Shown: positions 34,418 through 43,396 of the stretch, in pieces
Numbering within the stretch: position 1 is the stretch's first letter
How the letters are laid out: the number at the start of each line of letters is the position of its first letter
From: Chloroflexota bacterium
GTDB taxonomy: Bacteria > Chloroflexota > Anaerolineae > Aggregatilineales > UBA2796
Assembly (NCBI GenBank): GCA_003695215.1
Contig: RFIM01000107.1
Coordinates: forward strand, 1-43,396
DNA length: 43,396 bases
Reading direction: 5' to 3'
Notes under the pieces: model-generated
Databases searched by the model: none
Seen by the model: the letters and a program-made list of their open reading frames with translations, nothing else
Told to the model about the DNA's origin: nothing
Program-made: the position numbers and the translations under genes

Positions 34418-36811
34418 TTATTCCACGCGCAGCGTCTTAGCAGCGAGCCGCAAGACTGCGCGCGTGTAGTAGTCGGCGCGTTCAGCAGGCGTGACCAGCT
34501 CCAGCACGCGCAAGGTATCGCCGACTACAGAGACGGCGATCGTCTCTGTGCCAGCTTCTGCCAAGAAGCGGTAGAACGTCCAGCGCACACCGCCAAGCCG
34601 TATTGTCTCTAGCTCATCGATCTTGCCGTCTTTCGCAGTGCGGCTGAGCGTCTCCAGCAAGCGGCTGATGGTCACATTCGAGAAGCGATACAGGTTCAGG
34701 CGCGCCTCACCGCCGCCAGAGCGCACGCCAAGCGCAGTCGTCCGCCAGCTGCGCGGCACGCTCAAGCGGAAAGTGCCGTTCTGTGTGCTGATGCGCCGTT
34801 CTTCGCTAGGCAAGGGTAGCGAATCGAGATAGGCGACAGCAGCTGCCATGAGCGGATCGGCACGGCTCAGCACGTTCTCAGCTGTGATCGGCACGCGGAT
34901 AGTCGGCTGCACGCCTTTGCCTTCGATGTGAATCTGTCCCTGAGCGTCTAGGGCGCGTCCACGCGTGTAGACGAACTGAATGTTATGCGGTAGGATCACC
35001 TCAAAGCGCGAGCCGCCTAAGCCTGCTGTGCCATAGTAGCCGACGATCTGCGCTCGATTCTGTTGAGTCAGGTAGTAGCTGAAGAACTCGCAGGCACTGG
35101 CGCAATCAGGGCTGACGATCAGCACAACATTGCCGCTATAGCGTTCTTCAGGCTCAGGCGGCAGGAGTAAATTGCGCTCGCGCGGATTGACCGTGAAGGC
35201 TTGCGCTTCATCGTCATATTCTGCGCTGTTGCCAACTTCCAATGGCTCGTCAAAGAACGTAGCAGCTGTCAGCAGGGTCAGGTAAGCGCTGCCGCCGCCG
35301 TTGTTGCGCAGATCGATGATCAAACCGTCTTTGCCATCACGGCTAGGCGCGTTACGCGCCTGCGCAATGGCGCGCTGCCACAAGCGCATGGTCAGCGGCA
35401 AATCGTCGGCAAAGCTGTAGAGCTGCAGCACTGTGTAGCCGTCCACTTGGCGTGTCTCCAGCGGCAACCAACGCTCAGGCGACTCAACACGGTAGAACGG
35501 CTGATAGTTGATCAAGCCGTCCACATCTTGCACAAAGGTCAGCGTGACCGTCTGCTCAGCGCTTGCATCAGGATTGCGGTAAGTGATCGCGATGCGCTGA
35601 CCGATCTGACCGCGAAACAGATCGCGCTGTTGCAAGATCAGGCGATTGTAGGCGGTCGCAATGCCTGTGTTGGTGAATGGTTTGACGCGCTCGAGCGCCT
35701 CAGCAACTGGCAGACCATTCACAGCGATGATCTCAGCGCCGACCTGCAGGCCTGATCGTGCTGCAGGCAAGTTAGCGGGCAGGCGATAGACAATCAGCCT
35801 GCCGTCGTCCAGCATTTGCGCCCAAATTCCAACGCCGCCGAGCGCAGCACGAATGGCGCTATCAGGCACATTGTTGATGCCGATATGCCCGTCAGGGAAA
35901 TAGCGCACTAGATCGTAGAGCAGCTGCAAGAAGGTCTCAAGGTTATTGACGCGCTGCGCGCGCGGGCGCAACTCGGCGCGGATGCGCTCATAATCGATGC
36001 CGTAGTAATCGCTGAAGGCGTATTTCTGCTCCAAAAGCGCGATCAGGTTGTCGAAGGCTTCAAGGTAGCTTTGCTCGGAAAAGTCATCTTGCACCGAAGA
36101 GGGCGCTTCCAGCAAGTCCACAGCGGCTTGGCGCGGTCGGCTGAAGGCGAACGGCTCAGCGCTGATATCCACAAGCGTGTAGCCATCGGGCAGGCGCACT
36201 AAAGGATCGTCGTCAGTGAACAAGGTGCCATCAGCGCCACGCCCTGAAGGGAAAACGCCGCGTCCCTCTTCGGCGAAGAGCAAGAGTTTGCCGCTCTTCA
36301 GGCGCTCAGTGGTGATGATAGCGGAGCGATAAGCGCCGAAGTACTCGCGCGGGCTCAGGAAAGGATCGCCGAGCAGATTTGAGACGAGCGCGATCAAGTA
36401 GACGCGCACCTCGCCATCGCCGAAGGCACTCGGCGCGCCGAGCGGCATCTGCGGCAGCAACAGCTCATAGGTGAAAGGCGACTTTCTCGGATCGCTTGTC
36501 ACGCGACCTAGCACTTGCCCATCGCTCGGCACGTTAGTGCGCTCTGCCACAAAGCCGCCATTGCGGATGTACTCCGAGAGGTTGAACATGATCACGTACG
36601 GATCGGGCGCGAAGAGCGCAAAGCGCAATGAGGTATAAGCGACCTCGCCGCGCAAAAGCTGTACGCCGCCTTCATCCTCTTGGATGACAGCGACAGGCAA
36701 TCGATCATCCTGCGCGTGAACGTTGAGCGGCGCGCTACCGACGAGAAGCGCCGTCAAAAGGAGCGCAAGGGCGCTACATAGCAATCGGTTCATGGCCTCG
36801 AACCTTTTCAC
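34418..36811 (-). CDS. secreted S41-family serine peptidase with PDZ domain
   Basis: Signal peptide (VHA-Q), DGH motif, PDZ (PAARSGLQVGAEIIAVNG), IIDLRNNGGG, CASACE (catalytic Ser), IEGKGVQP. Alternative ATG start at 36793. Confidence 0.88.
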   Translation of the reverse strand: MKRFEAMNRLLCSALALLLTALLVGSAPLNVHAQDDRLPVAVIQEDEGGVQLLRGEVAYTSLRFALFAPDPYVIMFNLSEYIRNGGFVAERTNVPSDGQVLGRVTSDPRKSPFTYELLLPQMPLGAPSAFGDGEVRVYLIALVSNLLGDPFLSPREYFGAYRSAIITTERLKSGKLLLFAEEGRGVFPSGRGADGTLFTDDDPLVRLPDGYTLVDISAEPFAFSRPRQAAVDLLEAPSSVQDDFSEQSYLEAFDNLIALLEQKYAFSDYYGIDYERIRAELRPRAQRVNNLETFLQLLYDLVRYFPDGHIGINNVPDSAIRAALGGVGIWAQMLDDGRLIVYRLPANLPAARSGLQVGAEIIAVNGLPVAEALERVKPFTNTGIATAYNRLILQQRDLFRGQIGQRIAITYRNPDASAEQTVTLTFVQDVDGLINYQPFYRVESPERWLPLETRQVDGYTVLQLYSFADDLPLTMRLWQRAIAQARNAPSRDGKDGLIIDLRNNGGGSAYLTLLTAATFFDEPLEVGNSAEYDDEAQAFTVNPRERNLLLPPEPEERYSGNVVLIVSPDCASACEFFSYYLTQQNRAQIVGYYGTAGLGGSRFEVILPHNIQFVYTRGRALDAQGQIHIEGKGVQPTIRVPITAENVLSRADPLMAAAVAYLDSLPLPSEERRISTQNGTFRLSVPRSWRTTALGVRSGGGEARLNLYRFSNVTISRLLETLSRTAKDGKIDELETIRLGGVRWTFYRFLAEAGTETIAVSVVGDTLRVLELVTPAERADYYTRAVLRLAAKTLRVE

Positions 36812-36882
36812 AAGCCTCGTTTAATGGATTATACGCAAGCGAAGGCGAAGTGCGTAATGCAGAGGCGAGGCGCGGTAGTGCC

Positions 36883-37263
36883 TCAACTGACTGAGGCACT
36901 GGCGTTGCTGTATTGATCAAGATTCAAGTAGCGGCTCAGGATTTCGCGCGTAATCGGCTTCTGCAGGTACTCATTGGCGCCGATCTGCAGGGCATAGGCG
37001 CGCTCGTTCTCGCGCAGCAGCGCGCTGAACATCAAAATTGGGCGATCAAAGCCTGCGGCGCGCAAGCGGATGCACGTCTCATAGCCATCTTGGTTAGGCA
37101 TCATAATATCCAGCAGCACCAAATCGGGCTGCAGCTCTAGAGCAATGGCTTCGCCTTCCACGCCATCTTTGGCCTCATAGACTTCGCACTTCATCAGGCG
37201 AAGCATCCGCTTCGTCACTAGGCGAATGGCAGGATCGTCGTCAACGACCAAAACTTTCAGCAC
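36883..37263 (-). CDS. single-domain response regulator (receiver only)
   Basis: VLVVDDD, phosphoacceptor in LVLLDIMMP..DG, FSA, YLQKP. GTG 37263 chosen from GAGGAG spacing. Confidence 0.92.
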   Translation of the reverse strand: MLKVLVVDDDPAIRLVTKRMLRLMKCEVYEAKDGVEGEAIALELQPDLVLLDIMMPNQDGYETCIRLRAAGFDRPILMFSALLRENERAYALQIGANEYLQKPITREILSRYLNLDQYSNASASVS

Positions 37264-37522
37264 AGTTACCACTCCTCAGCGCCTGATGTGCTATCGCACA
37301 ATGCGGCATTGGTTCTTGATCATCAGTCTAGTCGTAATTAGAGGAATTGCATGTAACTATCTTATCGCATTCACAAGCGCTCTGCTCTGTATTGTGGCGC
37401 CGAATTAAAAAATCGACAAGCTATGCCGTGCATTTTACCGAACGTGCGCTACAATCAAAATGATCGGCTTGCCTTTGGCGCCTTCGCGTCAAAGCGTCTT
37501 TGAAAAACAAGGTTAGGCTGCT

Positions 37523-38194
37523 ATGAAGGTTTGGCTAGATACAGCGATTCTGGATGAGATTCGCGAGGCGGCTTCTTGGGGCGTGCTGCGCGGCGTGACC
37601 ACGAATCCGACGCACATTGCCAACGCAGGCGTCACTGATTTGCGCGCCCATATCCTGGAGATCATCCAGATTGTGCAAGGGCCTGTCAGTGTGGAAGTGG
37701 TCAGCACGGATTGGCAAGGCATGGTACGCGAAGCAGAGGAGATCGCGCGCTGGTCGCCACACGTGGTGATCAAAATTCCGACCATCATCGAAGGCTTGAA
37801 GGCGATGAAAGTCGTCAAGGAGTTCGCCACCATCAATGCCACGCTGATTTTCTCGCCCAATCAAGCGTACATGGCGGCAGCAGCAGGCGCGCATTACGTC
37901 TCGCCGTTCGTCAATCGGCTGGACGCCATTGGTCATGATGGCATGCAGCTAGTGCGCGATTGTCTGACCATCTTCAAGAACTACAGCTGGGATCGGGAAG
38001 TGGTCGCTGCCAGCATCCGCACCTCACTGCAGGTCTACGAGTGCCTACTGGCAGGCGCGCATATTGTGACCATGCCTTTCAGCGTGTTGAAAGGCTTGAT
38101 GGATCATCCGCTGACCGAGATCGGCTTGAAGATGTTCCTGGATGACTGGGCGCGCGTCTCGGCAACGCTGGGCGACGCGCTGCAAAGCCGCTAA
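37523..38194 (+). CDS. tal: transaldolase (small TalC/FSA-fold subfamily)
   Basis: WLDTA, GVTTNP, IKIP (Schiff-base Lys), AASIR, HPLT. Glu in VSVEV and Phe in YVSPF favour transaldolase over fructose-6-phosphate aldolase. Confidence 0.88.
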   Translation: MKVWLDTAILDEIREAASWGVLRGVTTNPTHIANAGVTDLRAHILEIIQIVQGPVSVEVVSTDWQGMVREAEEIARWSPHVVIKIPTIIEGLKAMKVVKEFATINATLIFSPNQAYMAAAAGAHYVSPFVNRLDAIGHDGMQLVRDCLTIFKNYSWDREVVAASIRTSLQVYECLLAGAHIVTMPFSVLKGLMDHPLTEIGLKMFLDDWARVSATLGDALQSR

Positions 38195-39051
38195 GGCTCG
38201 TCTTGGCGCTCTTGATTCAAGTGATCGAGCGAGGCTTGTAAGTTCAGCGCGCTGCTCGGCTCAATCTGCAGGCTTGGATCGTATTCGTAGACGCTCTTGA
38301 AGCGCAAGTTGGTCGCGTCTACGCGTATGATGGACTTGACGGTCAGCAATTGCTCGATCAGGCGCGGCGCGTCAGTCAACGAGAGCGGCTGATTCAGCTC
38401 GACGAGCAGCGCAGCTGTCTCGCCCATTGTAGGCAGCATAGTGGCACGTCGGATCGGCACGCCAAGCTGCGCTAGCGCTGCTAGCGCTTTGCCAACAGCG
38501 CGATTGTCGTTGGCCAGATGCAAGCTAAGCGTGTTGGTCGTATTGCGCGCGCTCAGGCGCTTCTCGATGTGCTCCAAGATGATCAGCGTGAACAGGATCA
38601 GCAGCATGGTGCTAGCGGCAAGCCAGCCCATGCCGACGCCTGTGGCAATGCCGATGCCGGCCGCGCCCCAGATGCTGGCAGCGGTGGTCAAGCCGCGCAC
38701 TGTGGCGCCATGCCGCAAAATTGCGCCGGCGCCCAAGAAGCCGATGCCCGAGACCACATAGCTAGCGACGCGCATCGGATCGCGGCCGACGACCTGCGGA
38801 AAGGCGTAAGCGCCTGCCATAGTCATCAGGCAGGCACCCAAGCCAACCAAAATGTGCGGTCGGAAGCCGCTGGCCCGCTCATGCCGAGAGCGCTCTATGC
38901 CGATCAGGCCACATAGAATCAGCACGAGAAGGAGCCTGCCAAACAGCACGCCATCAAAGGTGCCGAAAATCGGTTCCAGCGCTCGCCCAAGTTGTGCAAA
39001 AAGGATTTGTAATTCTGCCCACAGCGCCTGCAAGAATTTTTCAATGTCCAT
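38191..39051 (-). CDS. MgtC/SapB family membrane protein with C-terminal soluble (ACT-like) domain
   Basis: IGIER, SGFRPH, DPMRVASYVVSGIGFLGAGAI, VRGLTTAASIW. Confidence 0.92.
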   Translation of the reverse strand: MDIEKFLQALWAELQILFAQLGRALEPIFGTFDGVLFGRLLLVLILCGLIGIERSRHERASGFRPHILVGLGACLMTMAGAYAFPQVVGRDPMRVASYVVSGIGFLGAGAILRHGATVRGLTTAASIWGAAGIGIATGVGMGWLAASTMLLILFTLIILEHIEKRLSARNTTNTLSLHLANDNRAVGKALAALAQLGVPIRRATMLPTMGETAALLVELNQPLSLTDAPRLIEQLLTVKSIIRVDATNLRFKSVYEYDPSLQIEPSSALNLQASLDHLNQERQDEP

Positions 39052-39186
39052 TTGTACGCACCTTGTGTAAAATCTACGGCCGCACCCTGTAGTTGCACTG
39101 AGGCTATGCCTGCGCTACGCTTATCCTATCAAAAAAGCCAGAGCTTGTATAGGTGAACCTGCTCTGCCAGAAAGGACTGCTATCTG

Positions 39187-39300
39187 ATGGACTTGGTATT
39201 CGCTCTGATCGCCATCATCGTCGGCGCCTTCATCCTCGCTAGCATCGGCGCTATCGTCTTCTGGGTGACGGCCCGCACTCTACAGGAGCAAAACGAATGA
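39187..39300 (+). CDS. 37-aa single-pass membrane peptide (not in the ORF track)
   Basis: Manual translation MDLVFALIAIIVGAFILASIGAIVFWVTARTLQEQNE*. AAAGGA RBS at 39171-39176, host-like codons, and an ATGA stop/start overlap with the next gene. Confidence 0.75.
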   Translation: MDLVFALIAIIVGAFILASIGAIVFWVTARTLQEQNE

Positions 39301-40007
39301 GCAGCGCGTTAGAGAAGCTGCGCCGCCACGATTTGCGCACGCCCATACGTCCTGAAGATACAGCCAAGCTAGAGATGGGCGATGTAGTCTATCTGAGCGG
39401 CACGATCTTCACAGGGCGCGAAGGTTTCTATCGCCGCTTGCTGGATGAAGGGCATCCTTTGCCACAAGGCGTGGATATCTCTCAGATCAACGTCAATTTT
39501 CACTCCTCGCCAGCTGTCGAGGAAATTCGTCCGCCTTCAGCAGATGGCAGCGATCCAGGCGCCTACCGCATCAGCGCCACGACAGGCACAGCCTCCTTCC
39601 GCTTCGCCAAGTGGATGCCGCGCCTGCTGGGCGAGTTCGGCGTCAAGTGCATCATCGGCAAAAGCGGCTTATCCTCCGAGATTTACAAGGCTCACTTCGT
39701 GCCTAACGGCGCGACTTACCTGCTGCTGATGGGCTACGGCCTCGGCGCCATGTATGGGCAGGCCATTCGGCGCGTGCAGCAGGTCGTTTGGCGCGAGGAA
39801 CTCGGCCTGGCGCAGGCGATGTGGATTTTAGAGGTCGAGAATTTCGGCCCGCTGATTGTGGATTGTGATCATCAGGGCAATTCGCTCTTCGAGAAGCTGA
39901 ACAAGCAGATTGACGAGCGCTTGGCGGCTGCTTATGAAGGCTTGCCTGAGCTGACGCTGAAGCGCCTTGGCGAAGTAACGCGCTACGAAGACGAAGTCTT
40001 GAGCTGA
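39297..40007 (+). CDS. Fe-S hydro-lyase (class I fumarase/L-tartrate dehydratase) beta-subunit-like protein
   Basis: LRTP, LEMGDVVYLSGTIFTGR, IIGK, ELGLAQAMWILEVENFGPLIV..D..GNSL. AGGAG RBS. Confidence 0.82.
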   Translation: MSSALEKLRRHDLRTPIRPEDTAKLEMGDVVYLSGTIFTGREGFYRRLLDEGHPLPQGVDISQINVNFHSSPAVEEIRPPSADGSDPGAYRISATTGTASFRFAKWMPRLLGEFGVKCIIGKSGLSSEIYKAHFVPNGATYLLLMGYGLGAMYGQAIRRVQQVVWREELGLAQAMWILEVENFGPLIVDCDHQGNSLFEKLNKQIDERLAAAYEGLPELTLKRLGEVTRYEDEVLS

Positions 40008-40027
40008 CGGCAGGAATTGAGGTTGGC

Positions 40028-40771
40028 TTGGCGAGAGATGACTTCCTGCGCTCGCTGAACGAGGCGATTCGGCTCATCCAGGCGGGCATGCCTGAGCAGG
40101 CGCGTCCGATTCTCCATGAGCTGAGCCGCGCTCAGCCGCACAACGAGAGCGTCTGGCTTTGGCTGGCAGCAGCGGCGCAGGATGATGCTGAGCGCCTCGA
40201 GGCGCTGCGGCGCGTCTTGGCGATCAATCCGCGCAACCACAAGGCGCGCGCCGCGCTCAGCCGCCTGACAGGCGAAGCCTTGCCGCCTCCGCCGCCCCTG
40301 GCCTTTCTGCCGCAGGTCAAGCTGTCCGAAGTTAGGCTGCCTGCGCTTAAGTTGCCGCCTAACTTCTGGCAAAACCTTCAAACAGCGCTGATCATCGTGT
40401 TGGTCGGCGTCGCAGCCTTTGTGATCGTGCTTCTAGCAGGTAGAGTCGTGTTGCCCGCGCTCACGCCGCCTTCAGCCACGCCAACGGCGACCTTCACGCG
40501 CACGCCGCGCCCGACTCTGCCCAGCCCGACGCCCGCCCCTACTTTGACCTTGCCGCCCACTTGGACGCCCATGCCGACCGTCACGCCACGCCCTGCCAAC
40601 ACGCGCCGCCCGTCGCTAACGCCACGCCCGACTAACACGCGCGTGCCTTCGCGCACGCCCACGCCGACTTTCACGCGCCCGCCGACCGTCACGCCGACGC
40701 CGACCGAGACGCCGACGCCAAGCCCAACCGTTCCAAGCAGCACGCCCAGAGCGACATCAACGCCCATTTAA
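40028..40771 (+). CDS. TPR-like helical repeat, TM and Pro/Thr-rich tail protein
   Basis: TPR-like N-terminus (VWLWLA..ALRRVLAINPRN), one TM helix, long TPTPT-type tail. TTG start after GAGG. Confidence 0.8.
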   Translation: MARDDFLRSLNEAIRLIQAGMPEQARPILHELSRAQPHNESVWLWLAAAAQDDAERLEALRRVLAINPRNHKARAALSRLTGEALPPPPPLAFLPQVKLSEVRLPALKLPPNFWQNLQTALIIVLVGVAAFVIVLLAGRVVLPALTPPSATPTATFTRTPRPTLPSPTPAPTLTLPPTWTPMPTVTPRPANTRRPSLTPRPTNTRVPSRTPTPTFTRPPTVTPTPTETPTPSPTVPSSTPRATSTPI

Positions 40772-41280
40772 GGCAAAGGCGTGCCATAATAGGCGTTCAA
40801 GCGCTCCAAGAGCGGATCGGCGCCCGACTCAGCGTACACAGCCAAGAGCGCCCGCACCCTCACATCGTGTGCTTCTGCCAATTCCCACAGCTTGCGCGCC
40901 GCTTCGATAGCGCTCGCCGGCACATGGTCAAAATCACTCGTCAGCGCCAGCAAGCCATATGGGTTGAGCTGAGCTGCCATGACCAAGACCAGGTACTCGC
41001 TGTGCAAGCCTGTGCGCGCCCGATGCAAGTCCACGACTTCAGCTAGCGCGTAAATGCCCTCAAAAATGCCGCGATCATCCTCAGCCACTTCCAAGCGCTC
41101 CAGCATGAAAACCAGCATCGGATCAGCATCAGCCTTCAGGCGCTTGCGCACAGTCTGGGCAACGGCATCGCGCGCGCGCAGCACGCGCCAATCGTCAAAT
41201 GGCTTCTGCACCGACTCAGGCAATAAGCCCGAGTCGGCTAGCGCTAGGATGCGCAGGTCAGGGCGCGATGGGTCGGGCAT
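40768..41280 (-). CDS. hypothetical helical protein
   Basis: 170-aa ORF starting 6 nt after the carA stop; its stop overlaps that of the convergent gene. Confidence 0.65.
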   Translation of the reverse strand: MPDPSRPDLRILALADSGLLPESVQKPFDDWRVLRARDAVAQTVRKRLKADADPMLVFMLERLEVAEDDRGIFEGIYALAEVVDLHRARTGLHSEYLVLVMAAQLNPYGLLALTSDFDHVPASAIEAARKLWELAEAHDVRVRALLAVYAESGADPLLERLNAYYGTPLP

Positions 41281-41286
41281 GGTGGC

Positions 41287-42417
41287 TCATGGCTGCGGCG
41301 CGCGGCTGATCAAAGCGGCGAATTCATCGAACAGATCGAGCGCGTCGTGCGGCCCAGGCGCAGCCTCAGGATGATACTGCACGCTGAAGGCGCGCAGGCG
41401 TTGGCAGCGCAAGCCTTCAATGCAGCCGTCGTTCAAGTTCACGCGCGTCACCTCGACATCTTCGGGCAAGCTGCTGGGCGTGACGGCGAAACCATGATTG
41501 TGAACCGTGATGCTGACAGCGCCGTTTGGATCGGCAGTCGGTTGATTGCCGCCGCGGTGCCCGAACAGCATCTTGTGCGTCTTGCCGCCGAGCGCCAAAG
41601 CCAGAATCTGGTGACCGAGACAGATGCCGAAGATTGGCACGCGGCCGAGCAAGGCGCGTGTGTTCTCAATGGCGTAGGTGACGGCCGCAGGATCGCCCGG
41701 CCCGTTCGAAAGGAAGACGCCATCAGGCTGCATAGCCAGGACAGCCTCAGCAGGCGTGCGCGCAGGCACGACCGTCACGCGGAAGCCACGCGCTGTGAAC
41801 AAGCGCAGCTGATTGTGCTTGATCCCGAAGTCATATGCCACGATATGCCCGCGCGGCGCGCTCGGCGGCTCAGCCATGCCGATGTACCACTGCCGATCGA
41901 CCGATTCTTCCCAGACATATGGCGCGCTACAGCTGACTTCGCTGGCTAAGTCCAGATTCTCCATGCCCGACCAGGCGCGCGCCTGTGCGATCAGCGCGGC
42001 GCTCTCTTCAGCTGCCGCGCCATGCGCGATCACACCACGCATCACGCCATGCGTGCGCAAGCGCCGCACTAGCGCGCGCGTCTCCACGCCACTGATGCCG
42101 ATCACGCCTTGCTCGCGCAGGTACTCGTCCAACGTCCGTTTGGCACGCCAGTTGCTGACAATCGGGCTGAGCGCACGCACAGCGAAGCCCGCTACCCACA
42201 CACGCTCGGACTCGCTATCCTCATCGTTGATGCCAACATTGCCGACGTGCGGCACTGTGCAGACTACGATCTGGCGATGATAGGACGGATCGGTCAGCAG
42301 CTCCTGATAGCCTGTCATTGAAGTGTTGAAGACGACTTCGCCGACTTGGACGCCTTCTGCGCCGAAGCCTTCGCCATCGTACAAGCTGCCATCTTCAAGG
42401 GCGATTAGGGCTTTCAA
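41287..42417 (-). CDS. carA: carbamoyl-phosphate synthase small (glutaminase) subunit
   Basis: [48 protein letters not shown] 42417 chosen from AGGAG spacing (ORF track uses GTG 42423). Confidence 0.97.
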   Translation of the reverse strand: MKALIALEDGSLYDGEGFGAEGVQVGEVVFNTSMTGYQELLTDPSYHRQIVVCTVPHVGNVGINDEDSESERVWVAGFAVRALSPIVSNWRAKRTLDEYLREQGVIGISGVETRALVRRLRTHGVMRGVIAHGAAAEESAALIAQARAWSGMENLDLASEVSCSAPYVWEESVDRQWYIGMAEPPSAPRGHIVAYDFGIKHNQLRLFTARGFRVTVVPARTPAEAVLAMQPDGVFLSNGPGDPAAVTYAIENTRALLGRVPIFGICLGHQILALALGGKTHKMLFGHRGGNQPTADPNGAVSITVHNHGFAVTPSSLPEDVEVTRVNLNDGCIEGLRCQRLRAFSVQYHPEAAPGPHDALDLFDEFAALISRAPQP

Positions 42418-42465
42418 CGTCACTCCTGTATCTTGATGCGCAACGGATCGCGAGAGAGGATTCGC

Positions 42466-43344
42466 TCACAATGGATTGACCTTGATCTTGACTTGTTTGA
42501 TCGCCCGCGCATAGTCGCCGCGCAGGATTGCCGCGTATTCCTCGCTACGCGCCCACTCATCCAGCAGACGTGCGCGCTCGACCGTGAACGGATGGCTGCC
42601 TTGATTGAATTCCGCCAAGACGCGGTAGAAGTTGTCCAAATTATCGCCTTCGCCCGCCTCGTGATAGGCGCGCGCCTGCGCCACGAAGGCATCTACGTTC
42701 AGTTCGTCCAGCAAGCGGCTGCTGCCGCCTGCCAACTTCGCCAAAAGCGAAAGCACCACGCGCGGCTCCTGCGTCACTAGTAGCGCCGCCCGATCTGCAC
42801 TCAGCTCAGAGCGACGCCGCCATTCCATCAAGCCCGCCTCGATGCTCGCGCCGATCAGCCGACCGACACCAAGAGTCAGCTGGCCGAGGATGGCGATCAC
42901 GTCCCGAATCAGCGCTGCCATTGTGTTATACAGCACATGACCGCACTTGATATGCCCTACCTCATGACCGATCGCAGCGAAGACTTCAGCGTCAGTCAAA
43001 AAATCCAGCAGGCCGCTGAAGATCATCACGTACGGCTTGTTATGGCCGAAGGTGAAGGCGTTGGCTATCGGATTGTGCGTGACGTACAGCGCAGGCTGCG
43101 GCACATCTAGGATAGCGCAAGCTTCGCGCAGCATTGCGTGCAAGCGCGGATACTGATTCTCGCCTACGCGCACGGCGCTGCCAACATTGAACAGATATAG
43201 CAGGCGCTCGTAGCGCAATTCGATGAACTTCGCTACCACGCGCTCAAAACCGACGATGCGGCGCAGGTTCTCGGTCGCTTCGCGATCTTGCGGATGCTGG
43301 AAAGCGCTCGCGTCTAGCTCAGGGAAAGTGATACGCTCAGCCAT
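42466..43344 (-). CDS. M48-family Zn metallopeptidase
   Basis: NAFTFG, GHEVGH (HExxH), ELSADRA, SHP..VER. ATG 43344 follows a GAGGA RBS. Confidence 0.92.
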   Translation of the reverse strand: MAERITFPELDASAFQHPQDREATENLRRIVGFERVVAKFIELRYERLLYLFNVGSAVRVGENQYPRLHAMLREACAILDVPQPALYVTHNPIANAFTFGHNKPYVMIFSGLLDFLTDAEVFAAIGHEVGHIKCGHVLYNTMAALIRDVIAILGQLTLGVGRLIGASIEAGLMEWRRRSELSADRAALLVTQEPRVVLSLLAKLAGGSSRLLDELNVDAFVAQARAYHEAGEGDNLDNFYRVLAEFNQGSHPFTVERARLLDEWARSEEYAAILRGDYARAIKQVKIKVNPL

Positions 43345-43396
43345 GCTCAGTTCCTCGCGGCATACAGCCGCCACTCAAATTGACGGTGTCGATCTA

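Noticed and set aside
37226-37408. 60-aa hydrophobic plus-strand ORF
   Set aside because: It overlaps the response regulator start and its AT-rich divergent promoter region, has atypical codons and has no RBS.
39131-39168. Minus-strand hairpin plus T6 upstream of mgtC, a possible attenuator
   Set aside because: The stem is only 6 bp with a large loop, and the T-tract runs straight into a TGaTAGGAT extended -10, so it is better explained as promoter sequence.
40460-40768. ACGCCG-rich quasi-tandem repeats
   Set aside because: This is the coding consequence of an ordinary Pro/Thr-rich tail; the GV-rich antisense ORF is its mirror.

Overview
A 43.4-kb, GC-rich, gene-dense bacterial chromosomal segment, probably from a Chloroflexota (Anaerolineae-like) organism. 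That assignment is an inference from protein families and Pro/Thr-rich linkers. I found no rRNA, tRNA, CRISPR array, transposase, integrase or prophage. About 41 CDSs are supported, mostly core or household genes: a partial topA (absent from the ORF track because it runs off the edge), an HDAC-family deacylase, rocD, an aldo-keto reductase, a polyprenyl synthase, fbp, ctaE/ctaF-like oxidase subunits, an AapJ-like binding protein, a very large class A PBP, nfeD-SPFH, a ChlI-like ATPase operon, gap-pgk, yccA, hppD, a GH63-like hydrolase, an S41 protease, transaldolase, mgtC, a fumarase-beta-like protein, carA and an M48 peptidase. The best candidate for an undescribed system is a compact three-gene operon: a membrane Cache-GAF-PP2C (RsbU-like) phosphatase, a transporter-less BMP-family lipoprotein and an RsbW-like Ser kinase. 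It looks like a partner-switching pathway gated by a lipoprotein co-receptor. Other leads are an unannotated 37-aa membrane peptide coupled to an orphan, motif-divergent fumarase-beta gene opposite mgtC; an unnamed Trp-rich cytoplasmic domain in the PBP; a ChlI-like operon lacking ChlD/H; strong CCGG avoidance; and a CRP/FNR/Rex-type box at the gap promoter. All product calls come from motif recognition by eye; no database searches were run.
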